Source: Lepidodermella squamata (taxonomy: Eukaryota; Animalia; Gastrotricha). Taken from it: a stretch of 64,000 bases of DNA. The stretch is from positions 3,596,001 through 3,660,000 of the forward strand of contig JBLDXI010000003.1 in the NCBI GenBank assembly GCA_047495785.1, read 5' to 3'. Numbering within the stretch: the stretch's first letter is position 1; each line of letters opens with the position of its first letter. Below, piece by piece: positions 12,508 to 25,529 of this stretch. A program made the translations under genes and the position numbers. The notes beneath the pieces are model-generated. The model was not told where the DNA came from. It saw nothing but the letters and a program-made list of their open reading frames with translations, and did not search any database.

Positions 12508-13882
12508 ATGCGTGTCTATCTCGCTCTCGCTGTGATTATCCTGCTTGCCGCTACCGGTAATTTTCTACAATCCAATTTTTAATTTTAGTCATTAAATTTC
12601 TCGACATTTTTATTTAGTCTCTGCCGGTGGTAAAGGCAAAGGTGCCAAGAAGGGTGGCAGCAAGAAGGCCTCTTTCTCCGCCTCGGTCGACCAACGCGAC
12701 ACCTACGACCGCAAGTCCGCCTCTGCTGAACAGGAAGACGCTGCCTTCGACTACGCCTCGGCCGATGCTTCCCACAACAAGAAGACCAGCGACAAGCGCA
12801 AGCTGATCAAGACCCGATCGGCCAGCAAAGAACGCGCCTCGGCCAGCTACGCCTCAGCTGGCAAGCGCGACTCCGCCTACGACCGCAAGAAGTCCAAGGC
12901 CGGCAGCAAGCGCCACGGCCGCAAACACCACGAAAGCACCTCGGCTGCCTCGGCCAAGCACGACAACGCCTACGCCGACTCTGGCGCCGCCGCCGCTGCC
13001 CAGAAGCACAAGCGCAACAAGAAGCACGGCCGTGCCGACCACAAGCGCAAGGCTGCTCTCCACAAGGACCAGGCCCGCGACAAGGCCGGCGAGGTGATCG
13101 AGTTCAAGAAGAAGACCTTCACCGACAAGGGCCACAACAAGGTCAACAAGTTCAGCTTCGAATCGGGCGCCAATGACTTTGCTGCCTTCGACTCCGACGG
13201 CGCTGCCACCACTGCCAGCCGCAAGAAGACCGCCAAGAAGGCCCATGGCAAGAAGTCCCGCAAGGCCCACTCCGCCGACTACGCCTCCCGCGACTCCAAG
13301 GCCTCGGCCGCCGCTGCTGAGAAGAAGGCGAAGCGCAACAAGGCCCATCAACGCCACGCCGCGACTTCTGTTGCCCGTAAGGCTCATAAGGGCCGCGACT
13401 ACAAGGCCAGCAACAAGAAGGCCGCCGAATCCGACTCTGCCCACACCCGCAAGGCCTCGGCCAAGAAGTCCAAGAAGCGCGCCAATGCCTCGGCTGAACG
13501 TGCCACCCACGACTTCCATGCTGGTGTCTCTGCCAGCTACCAAGAGAAGAGCGCCAGCGCCCCCAAGAAGGCCCCCAAGAAGGCACCCAAGAAGGCTGCC
13601 AAGAAGGCCAAGAAGTCCTCAGTCTCGCACAGCTACGGAAAGAAGAGCGCCAGCGCCAAGAAGGACAGCGGCTACCATGGCAAGAAGGCTGCGAAGAAGG
13701 GCGGCAAGAAGGGCAAGAAGTCCTCAGGCTCTTTCAGCTACGGAAAGAAGAGCGCCAGCAGCAACGGCTACCATGGCAAGAAGGGCGGCAAGAAGACCGA
13801 AAAGAAGGGTGGCAAGAAGGCCGGCAACAACCACGGCTATGGCAAGGAAGCTGCTCATGGAGATAGCACCTACACATACTAA
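12508..13882 (+). CDS. Secreted Lys/Ala/Ser/His-rich protein B (~437 aa) with a histone-H1-like (PKKA)n segment; exons 12508-12556, 12618-13882
   Basis: Signal peptide MRVYLALAVIILLAATVSA with a phase-1 intron. Exon 2 is stop-free and in frame with ORF 13094-13882. AATAAA at ~13981. Confidence 0.85.
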
Positions 13883-14412
13883 GCCATCACTTTTTTGTTC
13901 ATGGCAAAAACTTGATAGATGCGATTTATTTTTCGAAATGTTTATGATATTATGCATCTGTAATTTGATTGCAGAGAAATAATAAAGTTGCAAATGTTAT
14001 TTTGAGTCATCCGCGTCTTTTAATAGTTTCAATTGCGCTTCATTTGCCTTATCGTGCATTGTTCCTTCCGCGAATCTAATAACGGATGTTAATTAGCGGG
14101 ATGAGAGTTGAGAGAGGCGAAAACAGGCTATCGTGGTTGCAGCTAAAGAAACCTGTTAGCCTGTTTCCCTGAGATAAACAGGTATTTACTCGCATTAAGG
14201 CCACAAATCGGCATTGTTATCTTTGCTAAGCGCCGACAACATGGGAAAAATATAACACAAAAGATAAGTAATGAGCTCATCGCCGGAATCGAGAGCCAAA
14301 GGAAAATAATTAATTTTTGTCCCGTGTGATACATAATAAGCTAATTGACAAAGAAGGCTTTACATCATGAACGGCTAAAATCACTTGAAAAATTTTATTT
14401 AAATTTTCAACC

Positions 14413-14860
14413 ATGCGTTTTTATCTAATACTAATTTTTTTAATAATCGCTGTTACAGGTAATTAATTTTTCAGAAATTCAGAAAATTAACGAAAATTCT
14501 ATTAAAGTTGCGGAAGCTAGCCGTAGAAATGTGGAGAGAAGGAGACGGACACCATCGCCAACATCTTCACTTGTTCAAATTCAAAATTTAAGAAGGCGAA
14601 ACCCAGCCCGGCGGAAGTATCGCATTCTGCTGCAAAAAGTGCGCCCATCAACGCCGCGATCGCTGCGCCGTCGAATGCGTCATCGAAGGCGATTACCTGG
14701 TGGCGAACAGCCCGGGCGATTTTTCTCGCCAGTTCGCACGGCCTGGGCAACAAACCGCGGCTGGATTCGCGTGCCTGATGAGTTCTGGAGGGGACGCCGA
14801 TTCAACGCTGTTCGAAGAAACAACCTGCGACGTCCTTACAGAAAAATCTACCTTATTTGA
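14413..14860 (+). CDS. Secreted Arg-rich cationic peptide C (~132 aa); exons 14413-14458, 14508-14860
   Basis: Signal MRFYLILIFLIIAVTVAEA across a 49-nt phase-1 intron, in frame with ORF 14531-14860; same exon design as genes A, B and D. Confidence 0.7.
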
Positions 14861-15442
14861 AATTTAAAATTCGATAAATCTTGTATTAAATAAATACATA
14901 TTGTACAACATTTGATATCAGGTGATTTTGCGTAATTTTTCGTCTACTTTTGAAAAGTTTATTTCTTTTTAATTTATCACATTGAAATATAGTTACTGCA
15001 CTGCTTCAGACTTCGGTGGGAAGAAATGAGTCATCGATGCGGGCTATTGATTTTTTCTGAGCGCGCTATTACGGAATGTGATGCCGATGAATCATCACGG
15101 CTGATGTTTGTGCTGTGAATGCAAATACACGTATAAATGCCTTATAAGGCTACCAGGCATTGAAATCGTGAATCATCAGGTTATTCATTATTGCTCTCAG
15201 TGTAAAAAATGACAAATATAGAAGGTATTTCGCCGCATCTCGGTTGACAAAGCGCAGTACTTTTTTCGGCCCTCGCAAATTTTCCCGTTTAAATGATAGT
15301 TTTATTAGCAGAAAACTTAACGAAACCATGAGAATCAATTCGTTCGACACCGATTTCCTACTTGCCAATTGATCTTTTTAATTTCTCTGCTTGGTTAATG
15401 GTTGAGTTAAGGTAAAGATTTCATGGATATTTAACGTAACGC

Positions 15443-15683
15443 GGGGTAGATTTTCGATAAGGTGACCTTAGAACATTGAAACTTGAGCCGCTTTGGAGGC
15501 TCTTTATTTTTTTTCCCGTTGAAAGCTAGAAAAATGGGATTTTTTAATGTAATTCTTCATCTCATTAGCTTTAATTTGGCAATCAACTCGGGGGACGAAA
15601 TTCGATTGTGAAAAATTGCTAAAAAATCAGATTAAGCTACGAGATTTCTCAAATTTGCGGGAAAATCAGGAAAAATCTACCCC
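15443..15683. mobile_element. Possible small MITE
   Basis: 12-bp inverted repeat GGGGTAGATTTT / AAAATCTACCCC. Internal CGTTGAAAGCTAGAAAA recurs near 23930. No TSD found. Confidence 0.3.
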
Positions 15684-16499
15684 TACTTTGGTTTAAATTT
15701 CAGAATTTTTTAATTGACGCTTTATTCAGCCTTCAAAAAACATTCGTTTTTGCACAATTTTGCAAATTTTTTCACTAAATTTTTTAATTCAATTAGTCCG
15801 CGAAATTATTTAAATTAAGGCGGAATTTTTTATTTTCATGTTTCTGCCTGATGCTCTTTAAAATTCGTTTTTATCTATAATGTTGATCTGTAATTGGGAG
15901 GGTAGAGCAGCGCAACAGCTTGCGCATTTAGCGGCACGTGTCTATTGTAGCGCCTGCATGGCTGCTCGCTTTTCCCGCCGCAGCAGAAAAATCATCCTGT
16001 TTTATGGCGGCGTCGCTTGTTTTAATTCATCACCCCATGCCATCTTCTACCCACACTCGTACGTATGTACGCGCACACACGCACAGGCTCACTGACACTC
16101 TCTGTAATAGCCGCATGTATTACGTGTATGCTAAACCAGGCATGCTAAACGTTGATGCTGCTGAACTTGCAACTCTTGTATGAATAAACTAGCGTAGTCG
16201 GCATTTATTAGTGTGCCAGCCAACTAATAAAATACTACTTGTAGGTTATACGTTTGCGTAAACACATAAATGCAGATGAGTCATAGAGAACGCTTTTTTC
16301 TCTGTAGGTATATAGTAGTACTTCATAACGCCATTATTCTGCAGACCCGTTACTGAAAATACATCCATCTGCTCGGTAGAAATGCGATTACCCATCAGTT
16401 ATAACTTGATACTTTTCTGCTCGTTTATTTGCACGCAGCAAATAAAAATTCCACCTTAATTTTATCTAGATACACTGTGATAAATTTTTTTACATCTCA

Positions 16500-19384
16500 A
16501 TGTCAAGTATGGTTGAAGCTTCATCACGAAGCGGCATCGGTAATTACGGCATGGAGCAGTTGATTACCGTTGTCAATCAGCTGCAAGACGCTTTCACTTC
16601 GCTCGGCCTGCCGCTAACTCTCGATCTGCCCCAAATCGCCGTTGTCGGCTGCCAGTCGGCCGGGAAAAGTTCTGTTTTAGAAAATGTCGTCGGGCGTGAT
16701 TTTCTGCCGAGAGGCTCAGGCATTGTTACTCGTCGACCTCTTGTCCTGCAGCTAATCAATCACCAGGCGGAATTCGCCGAATTTCTTCACATGCAAAATC
16801 GTAAATTTACCGATTTTAATGAAGTTCGCAAGGAAATTGAGCGAGAAACCGACCGACTTCTCGGCTCGAAAAAATCAGTATCAAGCGTGCCTATTAATTT
16901 ACGCATCTACTCGCCTAATGTGTTAAACTTGACAATGATTGACTTGCCGGGGTTAACTAAAAATCCCGTCGGTGATCAGCCTCGTGATATTGTCGATCAA
17001 ATTCGAAATATGGTTCTCGATTACATTTCTCGCGATAATTGCTTGATTTTAGCCGTCTCGCCGGCTAATGCTGATCTAGCAAATTCAGACGCGTTGCAAA
17101 TCGCGAGAGAGGTCGATCCTCAGGGCCTGCGAACTGTCGGCGTCATCACGAAGCTAGATCTAATGGACGCTGGAACAGATGCGAAGGACATTTTAGAGAA
17201 TAAAGTCCTGCCACTTCGCCGCGGTTACATCGGCGTCGTCAATCGAAGCCAGCGAGATATTGAAAATAACCGCGATATAAAATCGACGATTGAGGCTGAG
17301 CGCAAATTTTTCGCCGACCATCCTGCTTATCGGCATTTAACCGAGCGCAATGGAACGTTGTATTTACAACGGGCGCTGAATCAGCAGTTGACTGAACACA
17401 TTCGAGAGCGGCTGCCGAGCTTGCGAAGCGAACTGCATGGCAAATTGATGACGATGGAGAAGGAGGTGTCGGAGCTTAAAGACTGTGATGAAAGCGGCCG
17501 GCGGCGGAAAATGAATCATTTTGTTCACATTTTCTCGTCAGATTTCGATCAGGCAATTTACGGATCTGATGCTGATGTAAGCTGATTTTTTCCTAATTTT
17601 TTCTGAATTTATTTGAATTTATTTCAGATTTTAAACAATTCTCTCAACGCTGGTGCAAAAATTAACAGAATTTTCCACTCGAAATTTCCGGTTGAACTTG
17701 CGAGGTTAACGTTCGACAAGCGGAAGCTGCATAACGAGATCAGTTACGCAATTTGGAATAATGAGGCCGTTCGTACGAGTTTATTCACGCCCCATGCGGC
17801 TTTTGAAGCCGTTGTCCGCGGCCAAGTTCAGCGCATTCTCGAGCCGTCATATCGCTGCGTCGACATGGTGCTCGTCGAAGTGCTAGGTGCAATTAATAAA
17901 TGCTCCGTTAAAATGCAGCGGTATCCGAAGCTACAGACTGAATGCGAGCGGATTGCGATTCAAAAGATGAAGGAATGCGAACAGGCGTGTAAACAACAAC
18001 TCAGAATGTTGACTGATATGCAACTCGCTTACATCAATACCAATCACAAGGATTTTATCGGCTTCACAGAGTAAGTTGAAAATAAATTCATTTAAATTCC
18101 ACTTTTTGAATTTTTGAAAATTTCAAATTTTTTTAAAAATTATAGAAAATTAAGAAAAATTTCAAATTTATTTTTAAAATGTTAAAATTTTACTATTTTA
18201 CTATTTTAAAATTTGTAAATATGAAAATACCCTTCATTATTATTTTTCATTTTACTTTATTTTTTTTTTACATTTTTTAAGGGCTTCTCAGCAAGCTGAC
18301 GCAGCTCCTCGAACCCAGCAAAAACCCGTTGCCAACCAGGTGTGGGCGAAAGGTTACCTGACCCTGCACAACGTCAGTTTTCTGAAGGGCGGATCTAAAG
18401 AAGCCTGGTTCGTTTTAACAACCGATTCTTTGAGTTGGTACCCGGATGAACGCGAAGAGAATCGCAAGTACCAGCTACCGGTCTCCGGGCTGAAATACCG
18501 CGATCTCTCGTCGTCGGGTAGCAAGGCCACATTCGCGTTGTACAGCGCGGACGGGCGCAATGTCTACAACGAGTACAAACAGCTGGAACTGTCGTGCTCG
18601 AACAATGAACAAAAGGACGCTTGGAAAGACGCCTTTCAACACGCTGGCGTCTCTTCTTCCGATCCGACTTCATCGCCTGGTCCTTCGATATCATCCCAAA
18701 AGAGTCGTTCTGAGGTAAAATTTGAGTGATTTTATTTAGTCGATTTTTCGAATTAAAAAGAATTTTTTTCAATTTTTATTATTTTTTTCAAATTTTTCTA
18801 TTTTTTAAACTATATCTATGAATTTAATTCAAAATTTAAGAATTTTTTTAATTTTTATTAATTTTTCAATTTTGTTAACTTGACAGTAATTAATTTTGAT
18901 TTTTTTGTAATAGTTTGATGATATTGTGCTCGATGATGAAGCCCTGTCGAATGATCACATTCACCGCCGTCGAGTCGAAACAATCGCGAAATTCGTCGAA
19001 TCTTATATGGCGATTGTTCACAAAACGACCCTCGACATGGTACCAAAGGCAGTCATGCTCACCGTTATCTCAGAACTGAAAAAATTCTTCGCAACCGAAT
19101 TTCACATTGCAGTGTCGATGTCTGAGGCGGATTTGATGCGCGAGAGCCCCGAGGAGACTGAGTATCGCGAAAATATGCTGAAAACATTTGCGGCTACGCA
19201 GAAAGCGCTGTCTGTCATCAATGACGTGTGTTCGAAGGGCATTAGTCTGCCGAAAGCTGCTCCGATCGGCCGAACCGGGTCGACCGACTCAACCCGGGCG
19301 CTGGGGGCTCCGACTCGGCCGGCGCCTCGACTAGCACCCAAGCCTGGCGTAGTCACCTCGGGTCAACCCGCTGTCCCTGTTTAA
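16500..19384 (+). CDS. Dynamin (GTPase, middle, PH, GED, short Pro-rich tail), ~807 aa; exons 16500-17576, 17628-18070, 18282-18714, 18914-19384
   Basis: [34 protein letters not shown]; [10 protein letters not shown]; PH (WFVLT..LSWY); GED ([19 protein letters not shown]). Splices in frame. Confidence 0.93.
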
Positions 19385-20084
19385 ATTATGCTCTAAACAA
19401 ATTTGTCACCATAAATATTTGTAAATAATTCCGATTTTACTGTGACCTATTTTAGTGCCTGTGACCCTGGAATGTTGTTTATTGCATGTACATTTTTCAA
19501 GCTTATTATTTGTTTAATTATTTCGAGGTCGGGCGGCTTTTATTGGTTAACTTATTATTACTCTGTATCGATTCGGTGCAAAAGTGAATGAATATCGGAA
19601 AGACTCGCGATTCTGTGAGCTGAGAAATTTTAAATAAATTTCTTTTATTGTGAATAAATTTGATATTCGAAGTCGATACCATTGAATTTTGTCACGCATA
19701 CCTAAAATTATTGCCGCAATTTTGATCGTTTAATTGGCTGGGCAATTAAGAGTAAATTTTTTATTTTAAGGTGGAGAGTAATGCCTGGGGTATGTGCACT
19801 GGCGCCAGCCGCATAAATATGGCACAATGAAACACCTTAAATACGTGATAAGAATTTCGACTCGATACAAAAAAGTGGACGGCCGCAAATTCCGGCCCGT
19901 TCATATCTTCTTGTATTGTTTGTTTTAACGCCCCAGCGCGCGCATTACGGTGATGCGATAAAACACCCCGTATAATTAGAGGCTTTACTACACACGATAA
20001 CAGAACACAGAAAACTGCTAGCAACAGGAAGCGACGAATACATCCTTGCACCGGCGGTTTTTCTAATATCTTACCTATACAAAA

Positions 20085-21188
20085 ATGCCGTCTGCAACTT
20101 TTTACGTCATGGAAAAGTTCGAACAAGACCCGGGTTACGGGTTTCGATTGCTGCACAAACCTGGCGATGCTCACATGAGGATTGATAACGTCAAGCCGAA
20201 CAGCCCCGCCTGGCGATGCGGCCTGCGGGAGGGCATGTTTCTAATCGGCGTCAACTCAACCTCAGTTTTGAACAAAACCCTCGCCGAAGTTACGGCCCTG
20301 ATCAAATCGATCGGTGGGAATCGGTTAACCTTCGAATGCCTACCTGGCGATATCGACGATGTTTACGGAAATGTCGAAGATGGCAGCGATTCTGAGCCGT
20401 CTGAGGCGAGATCACCCAGCGGGTCAGGCTCGATCGGTGAATCATTACAGCCATACGAAAATACCGCTGCCGCGAATCCGCCGAAATCTGCTAGTTTTTC
20501 GTCAATGGATTCAAGCCAATCGCCCCAGACCCCGGCACCAACGCCCAACAACCCTACGGCAATAATCGAGCGGAATCAAAGGCCGTTACCTGCGCCGCCA
20601 CTTGTTGTGAGTCAGCAGTCACGTGTTTCGGCGGTTTACATCGAATTGCCAACCGCGAGAACCGAAAAGTTTCAGCAAAACTTCAGCATCGATGAACAGC
20701 CTCATCCCGTTGTTTTTCATCACCTTCGAAAATGGGCCAGTCATCACGAGTTCGGATTTGCCGTTTCAAGGCCGGCTGACGGTAAGAAAATTATTTTAAA
20801 AATTATTTTCGAATTTAAAATTTTAAAATTTTTCAAAGGTCCATTAACTATGGTTCAGATAGAAGAGAACAAACCAGCTTTTTGTAGCTCTATTCGAAAT
20901 GGGATGATTCTATGCCAAGTCAACTCCCACTGGGTGACCAATTTATCACTAGCCGAAACTGCCGAGTTAATAAAAGGTAGGTCAACCTAATTAGTCGCCG
21001 AATACGCTTTAATTTTTGTGTTTTTTTAAGAAAGTGGAGACGAAGTAACTGTTACGGTGATCACGAAGGAAACTCATGCGTGGCTTCAACGTTGCGGCTT
21101 CACCATCGAGGAATGCTTCTCCGAGCTTCGAAAAGAGACCTTCGATCCACCACCCGAATTGCCGTCATCGCCGATACCAGAAGAATAA
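20085..21188 (+). CDS. Two-PDZ-domain scaffold (NHERF-like); exons 20085-20781, 20839-20976, 21031-21188
   Basis: PDZ1 GYGFRL..SPAWRCGLREG..IGVN; PDZ2 EFGFAV..LCQVN..ETAELIKES; GT-AG introns in phase; AATAAA after the stop. Confidence 0.8.
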
Positions 21189-21524
21189 CAACATTTATTC
21201 CGCCTTCGCCATCAAATAAAGCTTATTGTTTATTCAGAAAATAAAAAAATGAACTATTAATTTTTCCGAATTTTTGTATTTTTTCGACCTGTCTTCGACT
21301 GGTAGACCGCTAATAAAGAGAAGCTGCGCAGGAGAAGAAAATAACCGATTTGAGGCGTAAATAGCGCGTGCCAACCCGTGTGCCAACGTGTGCCAAAGAA
21401 TTGCGCAACATGCGTGAAATTAAGCAAAAAAACAACAAATAGGTGTATTTAATAAGACTGATTTTCAGCAGTGATTTCAAATCAAGCAGATATTATTTAG
21501 TTTTAATAAAGCCTCCAATCAACC

Positions 21525-22952
21525 ATGAGAATCATTCTTGCTGCTGCTGTTGTCGCGCTGTTCTGCGTCGGTAAGTTGTAGTTTTCCAAGCAAAATTTCA
21601 ATTCAGCTTCAAATTAAATTTCTAATTTTTCAGTTTATACCGATGCCAATCAGCCAAAGGAGCCCAAGTCTCCGAACTTCGCCGCCCAAAATTTCGACAT
21701 CAACGCTTACATCACCCAGGCTGAAGCTGACGCTAAGAAGGCTCAGGCTGCTCAGGAAGCCGCGAAGGCTGCCGAAGCTAAGAAGCAGGCTCAAGCGAAG
21801 AAGGCTGGAAAGAAGGCCGCCGAAGCAAGCGCATCTGCCTCGCAGGGCAGCGCCTCAGCTGAGGTTAAGAAGGGTGGCAAGAAGGTGAGCGCCTCCGTTT
21901 CGAAGAACAGCGCATCTGCCTCGGCTGGTGATGCCAAGAAGGGTAAGGGCGGTCGCAAGGGTGGTTACGCCTCGGCCTCCGTCAGCAAGAACTCCGCATC
22001 CGCCTCGGCTGGCAACAACAAGGGTCGCAAGGGCTTCAAGAAGTTCGGTGGCCACAAGGGCAAGAAGTTCGGCGGTCGCAAGGGCAGCTACGCCTCTGCC
22101 TCGGTTAACAAGAACTCCGCCTCGGCTTCTGCTGGCAACAACAAGGGCCGTAAAGGCTTCAAGAAGTTCGGTGGCCGCAAGGGCAGCTACGCCTCGGCTT
22201 CAGTCAGCAAGAAGTCCGCCTCCGCCTCGGCTGGCAACAACAAGGGTCGCAAAGGCTTCAAGAAGTTCGGTGGCCACAAGGGCAAGAAGTTCGGTGGTCG
22301 CAAGGGCAGCTACGCCTCAGCCTCGGTTAATAAGAACTCCGCCTCGGCTTCTGCTGGCAACAACAAGGGTCGCAAAGGCTTCAAGAAGTTCGGTGGCCAC
22401 AAGGGCAAGAAGTTCGGTGGTCGCAAGGGCAGCTACGCCTCTGCCTCGGTTAACAAGCGTTCTGCCTCCGCCTCGGCTGGCAATGGCCGTCGTGGTGGTC
22501 GCTTCGGCCACAAGGGTCGTCGTGGTAACTTTGCCTCGGCTTCAGTCAACAAGAACTCCGCCTCTGCCTCGGCTGGCTCCAACAAGGGCCGCAAGGGCTT
22601 CAAGGGCCGTCGCCATCACGCTGGTCGCTTCGATCGCCGCCGTGCTGGAAGCTTCGCCTCTGCCTCGGTCAACAAGCGCTCCGCTTCGGCTGCTGCCGGC
22701 AACTTCCGCGGCCGCCGTGGTCACCATGGCAAGTTCTACGGCCGTCGTCACGGTGGTCGTCGTGGCAACTACGCCTCAGCCTCCGTCAACAAGCGCTCTG
22801 CCTCGGCTTCTGCTGGCAACAACGGTCGCCGTTATGGTCGCCATGGTTTCAACGGCCGCCGTCGTGGTGGCCAGTATGCCTCGGCTTCCGTCGACCGCAA
22901 CTCGGCCTCTGCCTCAGCTGGCAGCAACGGTCTTCTCCAACTCGCATTTTAA
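21525..22952 (+). CDS. Secreted cationic repeat protein D (~454 aa), paralog of A; Ala/Lys/Glu/Gln-rich leader then 10 x ASASV(N/S)KxSASAxAG modules; exons 21525-21570, 21634-22952
   Basis: Signal MRIILAAAVVALFCVVYTDA with the same phase-1 intron; exon 2 in frame with ORF 21885-22952; near-identical DNA blocks shared with gene A. Confidence 0.85.
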
Positions 22953-23072
22953 CAAAAATGATTCATTTGAATGAGGATGTTGATAAGATAGCGATCGAAA
23001 CGATAGCGAAAAGTAATAAATATTTATTTGAATTGCAATCATCGGCTTTTTCACACCCATCAAATGCGGCAA

Positions 23073-24958
23073 TCATGAGTTCATAAAATAAGAAATCCAC
23101 TTGAGAACCGAGTCGGAACAAACGCGCCCGAAAACGCTTGGAAAGACAGCACAAGGCTCACCTCCCCATGACGCCACCCCGTCCAGGGTAAAATAGCCAT
23201 GTTTAAAACACGCCAACGAGCTGCCGCTATCTCCATAACAAATCGAAGTTCCGCCCATTTGAAAGCCGGCGCAAACATTTCGATCGGTTACGTTAAACCG
23301 GGAGTTGCCATATTTTTCTAAACAGTCGGAGTTCAGCCATAACGGGACGACAGCCTTTTGGAGTTCGGTTTTAGCCAACTCGTTGTCGGTATGGCCCCAT
23401 CCAGAAATAACGGCTATATCGCCGTTTTGACACGTCTCAGCACAAGATTGAGGTAAGCAAATGGGCTTGATAGACCAGCTTTTAGAGAAATTTAATTTAT
23501 CATTCAGCCGTATCAGACAGAAATCGTTTTCCAAGGGCGTGTCTGAATAAAACGGGTGGCGATGGAAATTCGACTTGGGAACATTTATTTCAACCTGAAA
23601 TCGACATTTTTAGAGTCACAGCTAAAAATATCAGGAAAAATATTGCTCGGACTTGTTGAAGGGAAAATGAATTTAGGGGTAATTATTTCTGAAATCGACC
23701 ATCGAATCCTCATCGATCCCACCTCAATTGTTTTACCTGTTGACCTGTTTCTTGGACATTCCGTTTTTCGACAATTCTGAGCTTTCAGTTTATCCATTCT
23801 CTTTCGGAAAAAAAAACTTACATGTAGCCTATGAGAAGGCGAGTCTTTTGACACCGAGCTTGCATAATTTTCGGCCTGAAAAAGGGACATTTCCTTACCT
23901 AGCTCGCGTCCCTGAGTCATTTTTTAAACGTTGAAAGCTAGAAAATTCGCCCATTTCGATTTAATAGTTATGTCAAATAAAATGTGTTGGCCCGCCAATA
24001 TTTCGAAAATTATGTAACTGAAATGAAACGCGCTGAATGCGCTGAATCCGAATCTGCAATAAAAACATTGGGTCAACAATTTTGATGGGGTCGATGTTGA
24101 TTATCTGGTCGATATTATAATCACTCTTAATTATCTAGAACAGATTGGTTTTGCTGGTTCCGAGGTTGCCCAAGCCTGATAAATGCTATTTTACCTACTA
24201 GCTACTACGCAGATGATTTTCTTTGATTTTTTGAAAATTAAGGTTAAAACCGATAAAAGTTCATAGATCAAACTAAAAATTAACCAAATCCCAAATTAAC
24301 CTGTGGTTTTACACCCTGAGAGTGGGTATAGCATTATTGTCTCTGGCGGGAATTGTAGAGGAGAGGTAATTTTGAAGGTTAAGCCTACCGAGAAGTCAGA
24401 ACCACTGTTCCAGCCCATTTTGACATCAGCGCTGAAATAAATAACATGAAATTAGCCGCCTGAACCAAAAAATCAATAATTTTGCATTTTTAAATTTTTC
24501 CTCTATAAATTCTATATCATTCTGGGAATTTCTTTGAAGAAATTAAAAATTTTATTGAGGACATCTTTTCATTTGTACCTGTGAGCAGTCTGGCTACAGC
24601 AGTGGCCGGCGGTTAGAACTAGTTTATTGTCAATAATCGAACCACTGCAAATCCAAGACTTTGACGATGAATGGAAAACAAGCTGCGCCATCCACGGAAA
24701 TTCCGCCGGCATTGCTAAGACGCCGCCCATAATTGCAGCCGCCTTATCTTGTCGTTTCGACTCATGGTTCCAGTATTTGCTATGACCACATTGGCGATGA
24801 TTCGGCACCGACTTGGCGGCATTTTGCGGCGTCTGTTTAGACGCTGAGTAAGCGGCTTTGATATTGTCATTGCCTGCGAGTTGGCATCCGAGTGATACGC
24901 GGGCAAAAAATGATGTCACGACTAAATAGGTTGATAATTTGTCTAGTATAAACAGCAT
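23073..24958 (-). CDS. Secreted S1A serine protease (non-tryptic S1 pocket); probable exons 24958-24579, 24431-24301, 23542-23073
   Basis: IMGG mature start, EFPWMA, CSGSII, TAGHC (His), ENDFCL (Asp), GDSGS (Ser), GVASWG, PSVF. Middle exon is less certain. Confidence 0.82.
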
Positions 24959-25529
24959 ATTTAGGTGTAATCCCTAAAGGCACTGACGGCAGGCGCGGCG
25001 TTTGATGAACTCATGGTTGGATCGTTAAGTAGCGCTAATTAAAAGAATAAAAACAAACAGCTATGCACTGAGAAAAGGTTTTGCCTTAAACAGCTCCAGA
25101 GGTCGCTCATTTCATGTTTATTCTAAATTTTCATGTGGTATGCAAATAAAACGATTAAAAATACTTCTCACGTTGTGGTGATCGAAAGAAGCCCAATTTT
25201 GATCCCTCTTTTCAGTTCTTCCTTTATTAACTTGGCTGACGAAAGTTTCTGCTACGAAAATGGTGATCGAAAGAAGGAAAATATGCCACTAACGACAATT
25301 ATTCCAGAGAAAATATGCCGACTATTTGCAAATTTTTATGATTTTAGTTGCATTTTCGTCGATTTTCGAGGAATAGATGGATAATTAACTCATGAATTTC
25401 CCGCGATATCCGACAAAAACTCAAATATAGATGTTTGATCATCTTCTCCCCTAATATGCCGAAATCTGATGAAGTTATTTTACTGTATCTGGGTTGAAAG
25501 ACAGCTCGCTGTCAAGCATATATTCGGAT

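Noticed and set aside
13094-13882. Histone H1 or protamine call for gene B
   Set aside because: No H1 globular domain, and the spliced gene has a signal peptide; similarity is compositional only.
11369-22974. Long alternative-frame and antisense ORFs over the cationic genes (11369-12343, 12854-13543, 13173-13982, 21928-22974)
   Set aside because: Explained by repetitive, codon-biased coding sequence that lacks stops in other frames; no independent signals.
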